Source: Protoeuglena noctilucae (taxonomy: Eukaryota). Taken from it: DNA of 64,000 nucleotides. Position numbers and translations under genes: made by a program. Below are positions 26,235-39,767 of this stretch, one piece after another. Position 1 is the first letter of the stretch. Each line of letters starts with the position of its first letter. The stretch is from the NCBI GenBank assembly GCA_958009085.1, contig OY253671.1:1302001-1366000 (forward strand), written 5' to 3'. The notes beneath the pieces are model-generated. The model was given only the letters and a program-made list of their open reading frames with translations. It was not told where the DNA came from and searched no databases.

Positions 26235-29200
26235 ATGAAATGTCCAGGCCGCGCGATGCGGGTCGCGCGCGGCAAGCCTCTGCGCCATATTATCGTCGTT
26301 GCATTCGCATGGTGGGCCGTGTCCCTGTGCATCGCCTTGGCGTCAGGAATTAAGGGTGTGTGGGCTCGGTTTACCTCCTCGATCGCCCCAGCAGCTGATG
26401 GGAGTGACAAAGTGTCATTATATGCTTTCCACTGTGCCCTCCAGGCCCTGACGCCTTCGTCCCGACGGTCCTGACGCCGGAAGGGGTGGCACAGCACGCA
26501 CCAGCACCCGGGCCAGCCCCGTCGCCCCCCGCGACCGATGCGGTCGGCGTGAGTGAGGCCATCGCACGCGGCGATATCGACGGGATAGACAAGTGGCTGC
26601 TGGGCGGCGGGGACCCCAACGCGTGCGTCGACTGCGCGGCCGGGGGCGTCAGCACCGCCCTGCACCTGGTGGCGAGCGCGTGGCGAACCGCAGACGCGGT
26701 GCCCGCGGGAACGTGGGCCCAGATGGTGGACAAACTCGTCGCCGCGGGGGCTGACCCGAACCAGGCGGACTACTCTCTGCTGGACGGCGCGACCCCGCTC
26801 GCCTGGGCCGTGCTGGCGCACGCCTCGCCGGACGACAGCGGTCGGGGCGAGGAGGTCATCCGGGCCCTGTTGCGGCATGGTGCCGACCCCAACTTCCGCT
26901 GGACGGCCAGGGGCCTCTCCGGTGACGCCATCCTCAAGCGATGGTCGCCGCTGCATGCCGCGGCCGCGATGGTCGACTTGGTGGGCCCTGGCGTCCTGCA
27001 GGCGAGGGAACCACAAGTGGCTATCGTCAAAGACCGTGCAGAGAGGCTGCAGGACGTTTGTTGGTTCACGCGCTGGGAAGCAATGGCTTGCAGCACGTTG
27101 TCGCACGCAGGCCCTGCTGGAAGCGGGGGCTGACCCGTTTGCGGAAGACGGCGCCAGTCGAGCACCCGTGCACCTCCTCGCCCAGTGCTCCACGTCGAAT
27201 GCCACGTGCGGCGGCGGCAGCAGCGCCGGAAAGGCACTGCAGGAGTGGCTGCAGGCGCGCCCGTCCCTGGCCCTCGCGAAGGGACCTCTGGGGCAGCTAC
27301 CCTTGGATTTCGCCACTACGTGCGTCACGCCCGTGTCGTCCCCGCCTGAGGGGCGACCCTTCTGGCCCGAGGCTGACCTGTGCACGGATCGCACGCGTGA
27401 CCTCACCTGCACCCACGGCCCCTGCGACGCGTGCTGCGCCACCTACCTGTTCTTTTATGCCGAAGCCGTTACGGACGGAAAGGCGGCCGCGGAGGGGGCG
27501 CTGCGGAGGGCGGTGACACGCGGCGACGTGGCGGGTGTCCGGTGCGTGAACGGGGCTTGGTTACATATACATGTTTAAGTGAAACAAGCTAGGCTGTTCA
27601 TGTCCCCGCCTAACATGAGCAAAACGTGACATGCAATTCTCACAGAGATGCCGTGGCTGCTGGCGCTGACGTGGATGCCTGCCTGGAGTGCCCCCGGGGG
27701 TCCCGGGCCGCCATCCACATCGCGGCGTCGGGGTGGGCCACGGGGGACCCCTCCATGCGAGACGTGTGGCCCGAGATGATCCGAGTGAGTGGCATGGGTG
27801 GGCTTGTGCGTGAGTGAGATTCAGCACCGCCTGCTCGTGACGTGTGCCTGATGTGGAGTGTGGACTTTTACCAGGCACGACCCACAGCTGCTCCTGCTAC
27901 GGTCATTCCAGGTCCTCGTGCAAGAGCTGGGCGCTGACCCGGACCTCATGTCCTTCCGGACTTCCCTCGGGCACCAGCGGCAGCCAGCCCTGGCCTGGGC
28001 GCTGGAGAACCACCGGTGAGCTCGCCTTGCGACACAGCCCTTGCCGCTGAAAGCTCGTGGTCTTGGTCCTCCTTGGTCCTGTGTAGTTACGCTTGGGAAG
28101 AGGAGCCATGCCCACGCAGGGTGTCAGAAACCGAGGGCGACACGTGGAACGTGGGAGAGAGCCTCCCGACCATCACGGCCCTGCTGGACGTCGGGGCGGA
28201 CGTCAACAAGCCCTACCGCAAGCGTATGACCAGACCGGGCGTGCCCAACACCCCGGATGACCCCAGGACGCCTCCGGTGGAAGTCGAGGGGTGGACGGTG
28301 CTCCACGACGCAGCAAGCAAGGTGCCCACGGGCTCTGCGCCCACACTCATGCGCTGTCCAGTCTTTGCCGTTGCTATGCATGGCATCACCTGGCGCCGTG
28401 GAAGTCTTGCATATGTCGAGTCCACTGTCGTCTCACAGATACCCTACGCGGGTGGGGACGTGCTGGAGGCTTTGGTCGATGCGGGGGCGGACGTCAACGC
28501 CCGCAACGCGCGGGGTGAGACTCCCCTCTTCTTCGCCGCCTGGTGCGGCAACTACAACCTCCAGTGTGGCAAGTTCCGGTCCCGAGCCCCATGGCCAAGC
28601 CCCGCTGCCACCTCCGCCGAGACTGGACAAGGCAACAAGCACACGACAGAAGCGTCTCTGGCCACGCCGAGTGCGGTGGCGCCCGACATGGTGGTGGCCT
28701 TTGGCGGGGCATCCCCGGGTGATGCACCGCCAGGGCCGCAGAGTGCCACTCCAGCGAGCGCGTCTGGGGAGGCAGCGGCGACGAGCGCTGCCTCGGTGGA
28801 CCGGAAGCTCAGGCTGTCCCACAGCCAGGTCGGTGCGAATTGGTTCCCGGCAGCGACGCCTGGGCCAGCTTCGGCCAAGCGTGGACCGAAACGCAACGCC
28901 GTCGCCCATCTGCTGGCAGCGGGCGCCGACCCTGACGTCCGGTCTCGGGACGGTGTGACGGCATTGTACCTTGCCACTGCATGTGTGGTGAGATAGGAGG
29001 GTGCCAGCCGACTTTCTAAAAGCATCGCACGGGTGACACGCGCCGTGCTTCGTGCTCTGCAGAAGCCTTTGGACGGCCTCGAGTCAGGGCAGAGCGTCTG
29101 TCGCGGTGGCGCGCGCGACGTCGAGTGCCCCTGGGGAGTCCAACCTTGCTCAGATTGCTGCGAGACGTATTTTATCCTGGAAGCCGCCACTGGGCCCCAG

Positions 29201-30938
29201 GCCAAGCTGGTGTCCGCCCTGGCTCAGGTCGATGATGCCGCTGTGACGGCAGCCGTGCGTGCGGGCGCCGACGTGAACGCCTGCCTCTTCTGCGGGGACG
29301 CTGACCACGAGGTGACCTCTGCAGGAGCGGCTGGGCAGCCATGTGTGCATGCGCATATTGATAGCTGCCGTCGTGCCCACAATCCAGAGCTACGAGTCTG
29401 CGTATCAGCATGTGACCCATGTATGCTCGCCACTCCAACCAGGGACCCGTCTCCCCACCGCAGCTATGGGGCATGAGCGCGGTGCATGTGGCGTCGGTGG
29501 GGTGGCACCTGGTGGGGCGGCTGGGGTGGATGTCTGTGGAGGATGAGCGGAGCCGGTGGATGCAAGTCCTCGATACCCTGCTCAGCCTGGGTGCGGACCC
29601 CAACCAGCCCACCCACCACGGGGGCCCAAAGCACACAAAGCCGCACTCCGCGCGCCTGGTCCCATCTGGGACGCCCCCGCTGGCCGTCGCGCTGGCCCCG
29701 CACCTGCTGCCCTCCATGCGCGCCGTGGACTCTCGCGGCCGGAGTCTCTCCACCGTCTTGGCCCTGCTCCAGGCCGGGGCACTGCCGGGTATTCAGTACC
29801 CCCGCCACGTGCAACCCGTCAGGTGACCAGCATAGATGCCATCCGATGCGACTTGGTTGACTGCCGAGTCTCCTGGAACTATCATGCGCGTCTGACCCGC
29901 TCACACCTGCGCTCGTCACCCACTGGGCACATGCCCACATCGCCCCTCGCAGCCTCGACGGTCGGTGGAGCTCCGAGACTGCGGTCGTCCCTGACTGGAC
30001 ACCTTTGCACGAGGCTGTCATGGGAAGTGCCCTCGTCGGCCTCGGCGTGGCGCAGGCAAGCAGTCCCGGCGTTCCAGTGCTGATAGCTGACAGTTGATGG
30101 TTGTGCCGCTGGGGATGATGTGACCCTGAGTAACAACGTCCACGCCCTTTCACTCTCCTCCCAGGCGCTGGTGGAGGCGGGGGCAGACGCGAACGCCCCG
30201 GCAGGAGGGGGCATACGCCCCGTCCACCTCGCAGCGTCGTGCCTGTCTCCAGGCAACACCCACTGCGGCATGGATGCGCAGAGCCCCGCTGACGTCGCCG
30301 TGAGAAGCGCTCATGCGGCATGGGGTGCGACTAGGGACCTGGCTGCGACCCCGACTGGGGCCTCGGCTGACCCAGCTGTGACGCCTGGGCCAGGGTATAA
30401 CCTGAACGAGGCCACGCACTTCCTGTGGACGGGCAACGCGGTGCTGCGGGCTCAGCGGGGCCAGCACACCCCCACGGCCACCCCGGTCGCCACTCCAACG
30501 ATCGCCCTGGCCACCACCCCCACTGCCAGTCCCACCGCAGCTACCACAGCCACCCCGATGCCGATTGCGGCTCCTGCACCGACGGGTGGGCCCACCGCAG
30601 TTCTGGGACCCTCACCTTCCCCCCGCTCCTTGATGGGTACATCATCCATAAGTGATCCAGACAGCGAGGGGCTCGGGGCCGGGGATGCCGGTGCACTGCC
30701 TTGGCTTGTCCAGCCGAGGGCCCAGGGCAGGGGTGGCGCGGACGCCAGCCTTCCGGACGACAGCGGCCGCACTGCGCTGGACATCGCCGCAGCGTGCGCC
30801 GAGCCTGGAGGGATGGACGCGGGCAGGGCCCAGGCGCGTGCCGGGAAGCGCGCATGCGAGGCCATTGTAGGCGTTGGTTGGTCTGGCACGCAGGCGCACC
30901 TTTGCTGCGAGGCGGTGCACTTCTTGCAACGGGCGTAA
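26235..30938 (+). CDS. Ankyrin-repeat protein with N-terminal hydrophobic segment, three Cys-rich modules and Pro/Thr-rich linkers
   Basis: Many ankyrin motifs (TALHLVA, LVAAGADPN, TPLAWAV, SPLHAAA, GETPLFFAA, GRTALDIAA). Hydrophobic IIVVAFAWWAVSLCIALASG at the N-terminus. TAA ends at 30938, followed by TGTAA at 30953. Confidence 0.8.
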
Positions 30939-30952
30939 TGGCTGCTTTGGGT

Positions 30953-30957
30953 TGTAA
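30953..30957 (+). promoter_or_regulatory. TGTAA polyadenylation signal (chlorophyte type); also at 13388, 62067 and on the minus strand at 60188
   Basis: The pentamer lies shortly downstream of the stop codons of four genes. UGUAA is the established chlorophyte poly(A) signal. Confidence 0.6.
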
Positions 30958-31221
30958 TGTTTGACTTGCAAGGATGTCATGGCCTAATGGATGGTTTAGC
31001 GCATGACAGTTGCATTCCAGTTTCAAACTCTTTGAAGGGCGGCCAACGGGAGCCACCAGACTGCCGGCCAAGGCACCTCGCTGCGTGCTTGGTTAGCGAC
31101 AAACAGAGCGCAGGAGCGTCACAAGGTAAGGGAACGTCAGCGCGGTCACGAGAGTGGCCCTTAACCCTTGGCGTAAAGCCATGCATACCGAGCGAGAGCT
31201 GCTCAAGCGAAAGGGAGCTGC

Positions 31222-34200
31222 TCAAGCGAATGGGTCCTCGCCCTCCCCATCATCCCCCGCGCCCCCAGCCGCCGCGGCCTGTCGTGTGGCTGCCAAGCCC
31301 CCACGACCCCCACTGCGTGCGGCCTCAAGGGCGCTCGCGGAGAGCAGTGCGCCCGGCTCCGTTGCCCCGGTTGAGTCCCGCCAGACCCGGGGCGCACGCG
31401 CAGACACGGAGCCCTTCCCCGCGTGCCAGCTCTGCCTCGTCCCGTCGATCGCAATCCCATCTGCCGAGTGCAGGACCAGGGAGACACCACGCTTGTGGCC
31501 CTCCGTGGCGCTCCCTGCCCAGAGCTCCGCCCCCGCCTCGCCCCGGCCTAAAGGTGCGGGGTCGAGGCTGGCCTGGCGCAGAATGGTCCCAGAGGCCGGG
31601 ACGCTGCGCAGGGCTCCCGAGGGAGCGGCAAAGCGGGAAGACGGGCCCCGTCCCAGCGCCGCGCCCACGGTGCTCTGCAGCTCGCCCATTAACTCGGAGC
31701 TGCGGGGGGTGTGCAAGCGAGGCATGTTCGCTGCTGATGGGTCACATACAACCTAATCCTGGCTGTTGCTATCACGGGCATGGTCACAGCTGTATGTTGT
31801 GGGGAAGGCGAATGATAAGAGGAAGGCGACGTGAGTGGGGAGGTCACCTGAGGAAACTCGAAGCGCGGGTCCTTGCGCCACCGTCCGCAGCACTGTCGCT
31901 GCTGGCAATGGACAGCCCTGCGTGGCACATCAGCATACCCTCATTAGTCGGCACAACACCCTTGCCCGCTGCGACACTCGCAGCACGCCTGGCATGCACC
32001 AGACAGGCACCAGCCACGCACCAGACAGGCACCAACCACGCACTCTTTCATGCATCCCGTACATACAGTTACACTCTCACATGCATCTCCTGCCCGTGCT
32101 CCCTCACCCGAGTCCATTCGCGTCGGATGCACCGCAAGTCCCTCAGCCCCGCCACCCCCTTGCAGGTCCCTTGGGACGCGCTCGCTGTCTGGGGTTCCCT
32201 CCCTTCCCTCACCGCCACCCGCACCTTGTCCCCGCTCCGCTTGCCCTTGCCCTCTCAACTCCCCCATCGGCTGGCTAGGCAACGACGCCCCCGCATGCGC
32301 CCCCAGCCCGCCCTCCCCACCTCTCCCCGCATCCAAACTCCCCGCAACTCCCACTGCAGCCCCTCCCAACCCACCCCGCCCCATCCGACCCTCCGCAGCA
32401 CCCCCCGCCGACCCCGTCACTCCCACACCATCGCCCCTCCACACCAGCTGGGGCCCTCGGGGGGGCGTCCCCATTCCCACTCCACCCACGCTGTCCAGCG
32501 ACGTCCGTGCCGTAGCCGGCCCTCTGTCCTCCCCAGCACTCCGCATGGATATCATCGACGCTGCCCTTGACGAGGCAAGGGTGCTGGCCGGTGCAGGGGC
32601 GGCCCTGTCGTGCTCTGCGCCCGTCTCCCTGCCAGCCGCGAGCGGACCCAAGGGTGGTCCCTTGGCAACCGCGCTGGCACCTTCGTCCGCCCTGGGCGGG
32701 CGGGGGCCTGCCTGGGCGGCAGGCTTCTTGGGCGGCAGCTTGATGTCTGCGGGCAGGGGCGGTGCGGGAGGTGGACAAGTTGCGCACAGGCGCTGGCAGT
32801 GGGGGTCTATGGCGCTGTGTGTCAGAATGCGCACGCACCGTGCTCCCGGCAGAGCCGCTCCCGGTTCGCCGCAAAGTACTTGGCGGCAGTCTGGGGATCG
32901 AAGCGCTTCTTCCCGAACCGCACGCGCTCCAGGACCTTGCCAGCGGGGGTGACCCTGCGACCATGGACGTGGCAGGGAGACACTCAGCGACAGCCATGCA
33001 AGCACGTAGGACCGTTGCAAATCGACCCACCCCTTACATCCAAGCAACCGCACATGGCCAGCTGCGTTGCCGTGCATCAGCGCTAAAGCTGCCCCGCTGG
33101 TCCCTGCGCCTTGGCCAGCTTGACCCCACCCATCCGCCCCGCCGTCCTCACCTGACGCGGAAAAAGATCTCCGGCTCCACTTCGATCTCCTCCGTAGCAT
33201 CGCTGCTGTCTCCCGGCCTGGGCCCCTCGGCCCCGGACCCCTCGGTCCGGCCCACCCGGGGCGACGCGTGAGAGGAGTCCGTGGGGGTGGCACTCGAGAC
33301 GCCAGACCGCGCGGAGACGGGCGCCGTGCCGCCCTGGCTGCCGGGCTGGCGGAGGGGCAAGCGGAGGCGCGCGACGGGCGGGTGCCCTGCCTCCCCGTGA
33401 CCGTCCTGGACCGGCCCCGCGTGACCCACTGCAAGCGGTGAGAGGTGAGAGAAACGTAAGTCGCATTGCGTCGCGACGCCGGCGGCAATGCGCAGTCTCC
33501 CGCACACGCACAGCGCGTGCAGCCACAGGGCCACTCACGTGACCCGGCCGCGCCCGGCCCCTGCATGGCGTGGGCCAAAGCGCTGTCCACCTCCGATGCG
33601 GCGCGGCGCCCGTTCGGCGGGAATCGCAGCGAGGGCGGGTGCAGCATGGGCGTCTCCGCCACCTCCTGGAGCGCCGGCAGGGGCGCGAAGGGCAGCGCTG
33701 TTCCCGTCATCATGACCTCCGATCGCAGCGTGGAGGCCATGTGGGGGTCCGACTGCACAGGAAAGGACAGTGCTATGGATTATCTATAATCATTCCCACT
33801 CTGTCGGTGCACGATGGGCCACTGACCATGCGCATCACTGCCCAATAACTCCCGCACCGGCCACTGACCATGCGCATCACTGCCCAATAACTCCCGCACC
33901 GTCTCGCATCGCGCCTCACCCCATGCAATGCCACCAGTGTCTCGCCCCTCACCTCGTGCAGCGCTAACAGCGCCTTGTCCAGGAGGTACCCCAGCCGTCG
34001 GTTGCTCTCCAGCTTGGCGTCCATGTCGTTGTGCGAGGGGAAGAGGCCTAACGACCCCGTGGACAGCCGCAGCGTCGCCACCGACCTCGCACGCTTGTGT
34101 CCCGGGGAGCCCGAGCGCAGGGCAGCAGCCGTGGGAGACAGGGGGCCCTGCAACAGCACAGCGACAGGGCGGTTCCAGTGCTGTTGCAAGTGTTGGATGT

Positions 34201-37200
34201 GTTAACATGACCAGGCGGTTGTTGACCAGGTGCTTGTCGCAGCACCATGCGTCACCATGCCAATGCAACGATCGGCAGCATGCACCCAACCCCACAATCC
34301 GCCTGCCTTCCGACAGCATGCCTAGCCCTCAGCTCTCTCGCCTTGTCTGGGCTGGCCACCGCCTCGCCCCCGCTCCGCTGCAAGTACTGCAGCTCGTCCC
34401 GCAGCTGCCGGATCCGCGCCTCCCGCAGAGCCTCCGTCTGCGCCCGCAGGGGACTCGCAGCCTGCGCGCCCTCCCGCTCCTCCGCACCCTCCGGCAGCAC
34501 CGTCCCATCTGCGCCGATCCCCGACGTGTGCGCACGCAGCAGGCCCTTGCTCCCTGGTCCCGGCCCCGCCCCCGCAGCGCCGTCGGTCGCGTGCGCCCCC
34601 GTCCGGGCCCCCGTGGGTCGCGGGGGCTTGGAGGCCATCGACGCCATAGCACGCAGCACCGAGGGCGACAGCGAGGAGTCCGCCTTCACCGGCCGCCGGC
34701 CCCCCGTGGCGCCCAGCCCCTCGACCCCCGCCTCGCTGATGCCCGGCTCCTCGTCGAACACATCGTCCCCCACGTCCCCGATGCTCCCCGCCCCGTCCGA
34801 CGCGCTCGCCGCCGTGGACCCCGGCCCTCCATCGCCGCTCAGCCGCGTCCGGGAGTCCGTCTTGCGTGGGGTGCCCATGCTCACGGGGGCGCCCGTGATG
34901 TCCGCCACGTCCTGGGCGCAAAGGGAAGGGGGTGAGTAAGTAAAAGTGGCGTGCAGTCCACTGCTTTGGATCGGTTCTTACTTGCCATGCCGGGCACGCC
35001 ATTGGCTAACTGACCTACGTCAGGGGGCTAGCGATGGGGAGCAAGCGCGGCAAGCGACGCCCTGTCAGCACCCTGTCCCACTCACCAGCTGAGCGATCAT
35101 GAAGTGAGCCTTGGACCCGGTGCGCTGCCGGCCGAGCTGGTACGGCAGGTCCGCCCCAGGGAAGCTGGGCAGGACGAGCCCCGTGCCACTCGCGACGCCC
35201 TTGGCCTGCGTCGTGGCCTCGCTGGACCCCACGGAATGCGCCCCGGTGGGTTTCTTGCCGAACCACCCACCCGTGAACCATTTGGTGCGGCCCGTGGTGG
35301 ACGACTCGCGGGGGGAGTTGTGCGTGGGCTGGTCGCCCCCGGCCAGGCGCATCGCTCGCACCGCGTTGGCCACGTCTGCAGGCGCGGCGGGGTGGGGTGC
35401 GGGGTGGCTGGGAGGTGAGGGGTGAGGATGTGGGGTGTTGCATGCGGGGTAGCAGTTGTGCAAGCAACCGCGCTGTGTGTTTGTGGCGATGCTCTGGCTC
35501 ATCTACGCGTCGCTCCCCATGCCGCACCCACAACGCCCCCAGCCCGCCCCCATTCCCGCGGCCCCTCACTCAGCCGCGCTGGCTTCCCTGCCACCATGCG
35601 CGATGCCGCGTCGCTGGAGCTGGACATGCGTGACCCCTCTCGCTTGACCGCCAGCGTCTTGTTGCGCTTGAAGGCGATGTCCCGGCCAGACACCTCCATG
35701 GGCGGGGACAGCGGCAAGGCGGGGGTCCCCTGCTTGGAGTGCTCGATTACCACCATCGTGTGGTTGCCACCGCACGCCAGCTGCGAGGCCACGGGAGTGA
35801 GACGGCCGTCACGCAGCGCCAGGGGCGGGGGAATATCAAGCAGCTGCGTAAAGCCGGGGGCGGGCCGGCGCTGACAAGGCGAGCGGGCGCAGGTGCGCAG
35901 GTGAGGGTGACAGCGCCACGCCGTGCATTGGGATAGCAAAGGCAGGTGCCCTCACGTGCAGGACGTGGCTGGAGAGGAAGGTGGGGACGCCGTCGGGGTC
36001 GTCGGCCTGTAAAGGCGTGGGCGATAAGCCCAGCTGCCCCTCGGCCCCTCTGCCCCAGGCCACGATGCCAGCCGAGCGCAGGGCTGCGATCACGTGGCTG
36101 TCCCCGCAAGCGATCTGAAAGCACTTGGTTCCCGTGCGTAGAGCTCCCCGGGACACCTGAGACGGGTTGCAGAGCACAGTCAGTGAATGGCACAGGGTGG
36201 CACGCAGAGCGACACGTGCAGCCTACGCTGGGCCCATGCTGCCAGGCGGTGTGTGTGCATGTTTGAGCCATGGCTTACCTTGACGGGCATCGCAAAGGAG
36301 TTCTTCCCGCCCACGGATCCCCACTGGTAGACGTAGCCGTCCGACGAAAGCGCCACTGCGGATGCAGGCGATGGGTCGGCGGCACTCACTGGCAACCGCG
36401 CTCGCAAGCAACGGGGTGCAGCGGGTGAGGCCGTGCAGACGCCCTTGCGGGGTTAACGTGGGGAATCAGACACATCATCGTCATGCATCAACGAAGCTTG
36501 TCATGCGACCTAGGCTCTGGCTTGCGCATGGGCGTGCGTTGCGTCACGTCGGCGCTCGCCTGTGAGGTGGTGCCCGCACGCGACCTGCCGGACGTGCTGC
36601 AGCCGCAGCTCCCCCTCGACGCGCTGTGGCAAGAAGGACGAGTCCCTTGTGCCGTTGCCCAAGGCGCCCTTGTCGTTCTGGCCCCAGCACACGAGGACAC
36701 CGCCACTCTGGGACACTGCAGAGGAGGGGAAGAGGAGGGCATATGGTGCGCATGGGTACCATTCTCATCCAGCATAGTATACTCTCCATCTGCTCAGTCA
36801 GAGGAAGGGACCAGAGCTGCGTGGTGCGCCCCGCCGTCGCCGATGCACAGACCAGCACAGCCCATCAGCGTGGCACCATCGTGCAACTCGCCTGTCGCGT
36901 GCATGGCGTCGTCCTCCTGCACAGCCTCGTCCCTCTCGTCCTCTAAGTCTGCAGCCAAGGATGCAAGGGTGTGATAACATACCAAGCGCAGCTCGGTTAC
37001 AACCTCGCCACCGCTGTCGCCCAGCCCTCCCCCTCTGCCCCTCATCTCTCACCGCTGTCGCCCAGCCGCTCCTCCTCCTCCTCGGCTAAGTCCCCGCCCC
37101 GGTGGTCCGGCGTGGCCCCAGAGCGACCCACCGCGGGGCCCAGGGCGCTGTCCAGGCGATCCACGGCCGGAGTGTGGAGGAGAATGGCAGCTGCGCAGGG

Positions 37201-39500
37201 CGACAAGGGTCATGATTTGTACTCTTTCTACGCCTGGGTGCGTGACCGTCGCCGCTGCCACCCCTCGGCACCCATCCGTCATGACAACCATCATAGGCCT
37301 AGGCCAATTGAACCAGCCACCCATGCTGCTGACTGGCCGCCCCTGCAATCCCTCTCCCGCGCGCTCACCCGTGTGGAAGTGGCCGCACGAGACGTCCATG
37401 ACGGTGCAGGCGGCGAGGTAGTCCACGAGACGAGGGGTGAGGCACGTCTCCTGGTTGCCGTGCCCCAGTCGCCCGCTGTAGCCGTCACCCCACGTGTACA
37501 GGGCGCCCGACCGGGTGACGGCCGCGCAGTGGAAGGGCCCGCACGACACCTTGCGCACGCGCTGGCGCTGGAACGGCCCCCGCACCGGCTGCGGCACCCA
37601 CCGCAGGTGCCCCGCGTCGGTCCCCAGGCACAGCGACGAGGGCGAGCCCCAGGTGTACAGGCGGCCGGACCGCGTCACCGCCGCGCTGTACCACGTGGAA
37701 CATGCCACCTGCGATCAAGGTGTTGCATTGAAACATTGGGTGTGATGATGGTGAGGTGTGATGACGCAGCCCACCACGCCCGCGCTCGTCAGGCTCCCCA
37801 CCTGCCGGACGCGCTCCAGCGCCAACCCCGCCACGTGCTTGGGTCCGTCCACGTCCATGTCGCCCCCGTGGCCCAGCACGCCCCCCACCCCGCACCCCCA
37901 CGTGTAGATGTCCCCGTCCCGCGTAATGAGCATGGCGTGGCGCGTGCTGCACGCCACCCGGTACACGTCGAGGTTGTTCGATCCCCGCACCACCTCTGGC
38001 ACGCTGCCCTCCTGCCAGTGACGGCTGCGCGGGCCCCCCACGCGACGGACCTTCTGCGGCCAGGGCAGACCTGCTCGAGTAAGGTGACCTGTTTGAAGGA
38101 GACCATGTAATTGAATGAGACAACGTATGTGAATGAAACAATGTGTGTGAATGAGATTGTGAGCCACTTCTGGGGCATCCAAACCACGAGGCCACCCCTA
38201 ACGGTCGGCTCGTTGCAAGCCGCATGAGACCCCGCCCTGCTCGCCTCCACGAGTGTGCCTGACATGCCAAAGATGAAGACGTCTCCTGGGTTGTGGCCGA
38301 CGGGACCCGGCGCGTACACCCGCTTGTCCTCCGGGCGCTCATGCCTGGGAGCAAATGGGTCCAGACCCGGTGAGGTGCGATGGCATTGCCCACAGCTCGC
38401 CACACCCAATAAAGCACAGTATGCCAGCGGCTCGCTGGAAGGACACAGCCACGTCCGTCTCCCTTACCCGAGTTCCATCTCGTCGACGCGCGATAAGTCA
38501 TCCATCGCGGAGCTGCGGGCCTCGGTCACTGACGCCGACGTGTCCAGGCTTGCCACGCTCGTCAGCCCCCGGTCGATGAGGGCCGACGAGGCCACGCGGG
38601 GAGTCTCCGCAGGAATCAGCCGCTTCTGCCGGGAGCGGAAGGGGAGAGCGCGTGAGAAACGTGGCCAGCCCGAGTCCCCCATTGCAACATGCACGCCATC
38701 GACGTACTCACCACCGCTAAGAGCCCGTAGTACCAGTTCTCGAAATCGATCTCTCCCTGCGCCGAGAGGTCCAGGGTCCTCTCCTTGACCGCGCCCTTCG
38801 GGCTCATCTCACGGTAGAGGATGGAGAAGCAAAAGCGCTCGTGCGCCGCGGCGACGTTGCGCTTGTTCCTCCGGAAAACCTCCGTGGACTGGCCCTTGAG
38901 GACGTTGAACATGTGCCTGCGCACGACGCCGGGCAGCTCGCTCCTGCTGCGCGCTCGTCGGCGCGCGGCCGGCAGGCCTAGTGAAACGCTCGGCAAGCGA
39001 ACAGGCCCCGCTGCAGCCCGCGCTCACTTGACCGGAATTTTCGTCGGGCGGCCGCTCTTGCTGATGTACTGCAGGTACTGCAGATCCTGGATCAGCGCGA
39101 GCGTCGTTTGGTGCGGCGCGCCCTGCCTCCCATACTTGATGAGCGACGTGCCCTTCACCATCCCCGTCCTGAACTCCGACGGAGGTCTGCGGGGCGGGAA
39201 CGCTACAGGACGATGAACATTCTACTGACGGGATGAGGCGAGAAGCGTCCTGAGGGCCGGGGCCACGCGCGGCCGCGGGGGCGCGATGCGCTTGGCGGTG
39301 CCCACGGTCCTTCGTCCCGCCCAGCAGGGCCGCAAACAGTATCCATGCATGCAGCCCCAGCCCTTAAGAGCTCCTCGACGGGACCGTGCCCCCACCACGC
39401 ACCGGCTCGTGCCGCCTGTGACGGCGTGGATGGCCGCGGCCCACTCCGTGTCCATCCCCGCGTTCGAAACGCGGGAGACGGTCGGCGCGTTCGACGTCAT
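31222..39500 (-). CDS. PRAF/RLD-family PH + RCC1 repeat + BRX domain protein
   Basis: N-terminal PH-like MVKGTSLIKYGRQG...FSILY..ERTLDL..ENWYYGL. RCC1 repeats (VACSTRHAMLITRDGDIYTWG, VSCGPFHCAAVTRSGALYTWGDG..GRLGHG). Coiled coil. BRX domain EIEVEPEIFF../VLERVRFGKKRFDPQTAAKYFAANRERL. Confidence 0.85.
33817..33900. repeat. Perfect 42-bp tandem duplication within a PRAF intron
   Basis: ggccactgaccatgcgcatcactgcccaataactcccgcacc, two adjacent copies. Confidence 0.95.
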
Positions 39501-39767
39501 CTTGGACCCACCCCGATCGTCCGGGTCCTCTTGCGCGGTGCGCGCCTCAGGAACTTTGGATGCGGGGCACAGCCCCAGCGTGCTCTCCAGCCATTTCAAG
39601 CTCTCTCAACGCAGCCGACCCACGCAGGCATGGGCGGGCGCTCCGACGACTAGAGGACGCCAGCCGATGGGTCTCGCGCGAAGAAGGGACGACGTCGGGC
39701 CGCTTCAGGGCAATCAGCGTGCGTCAGACACATCCCCGGGGCCACCTCCCGCCCTCCCCCCGACGCA

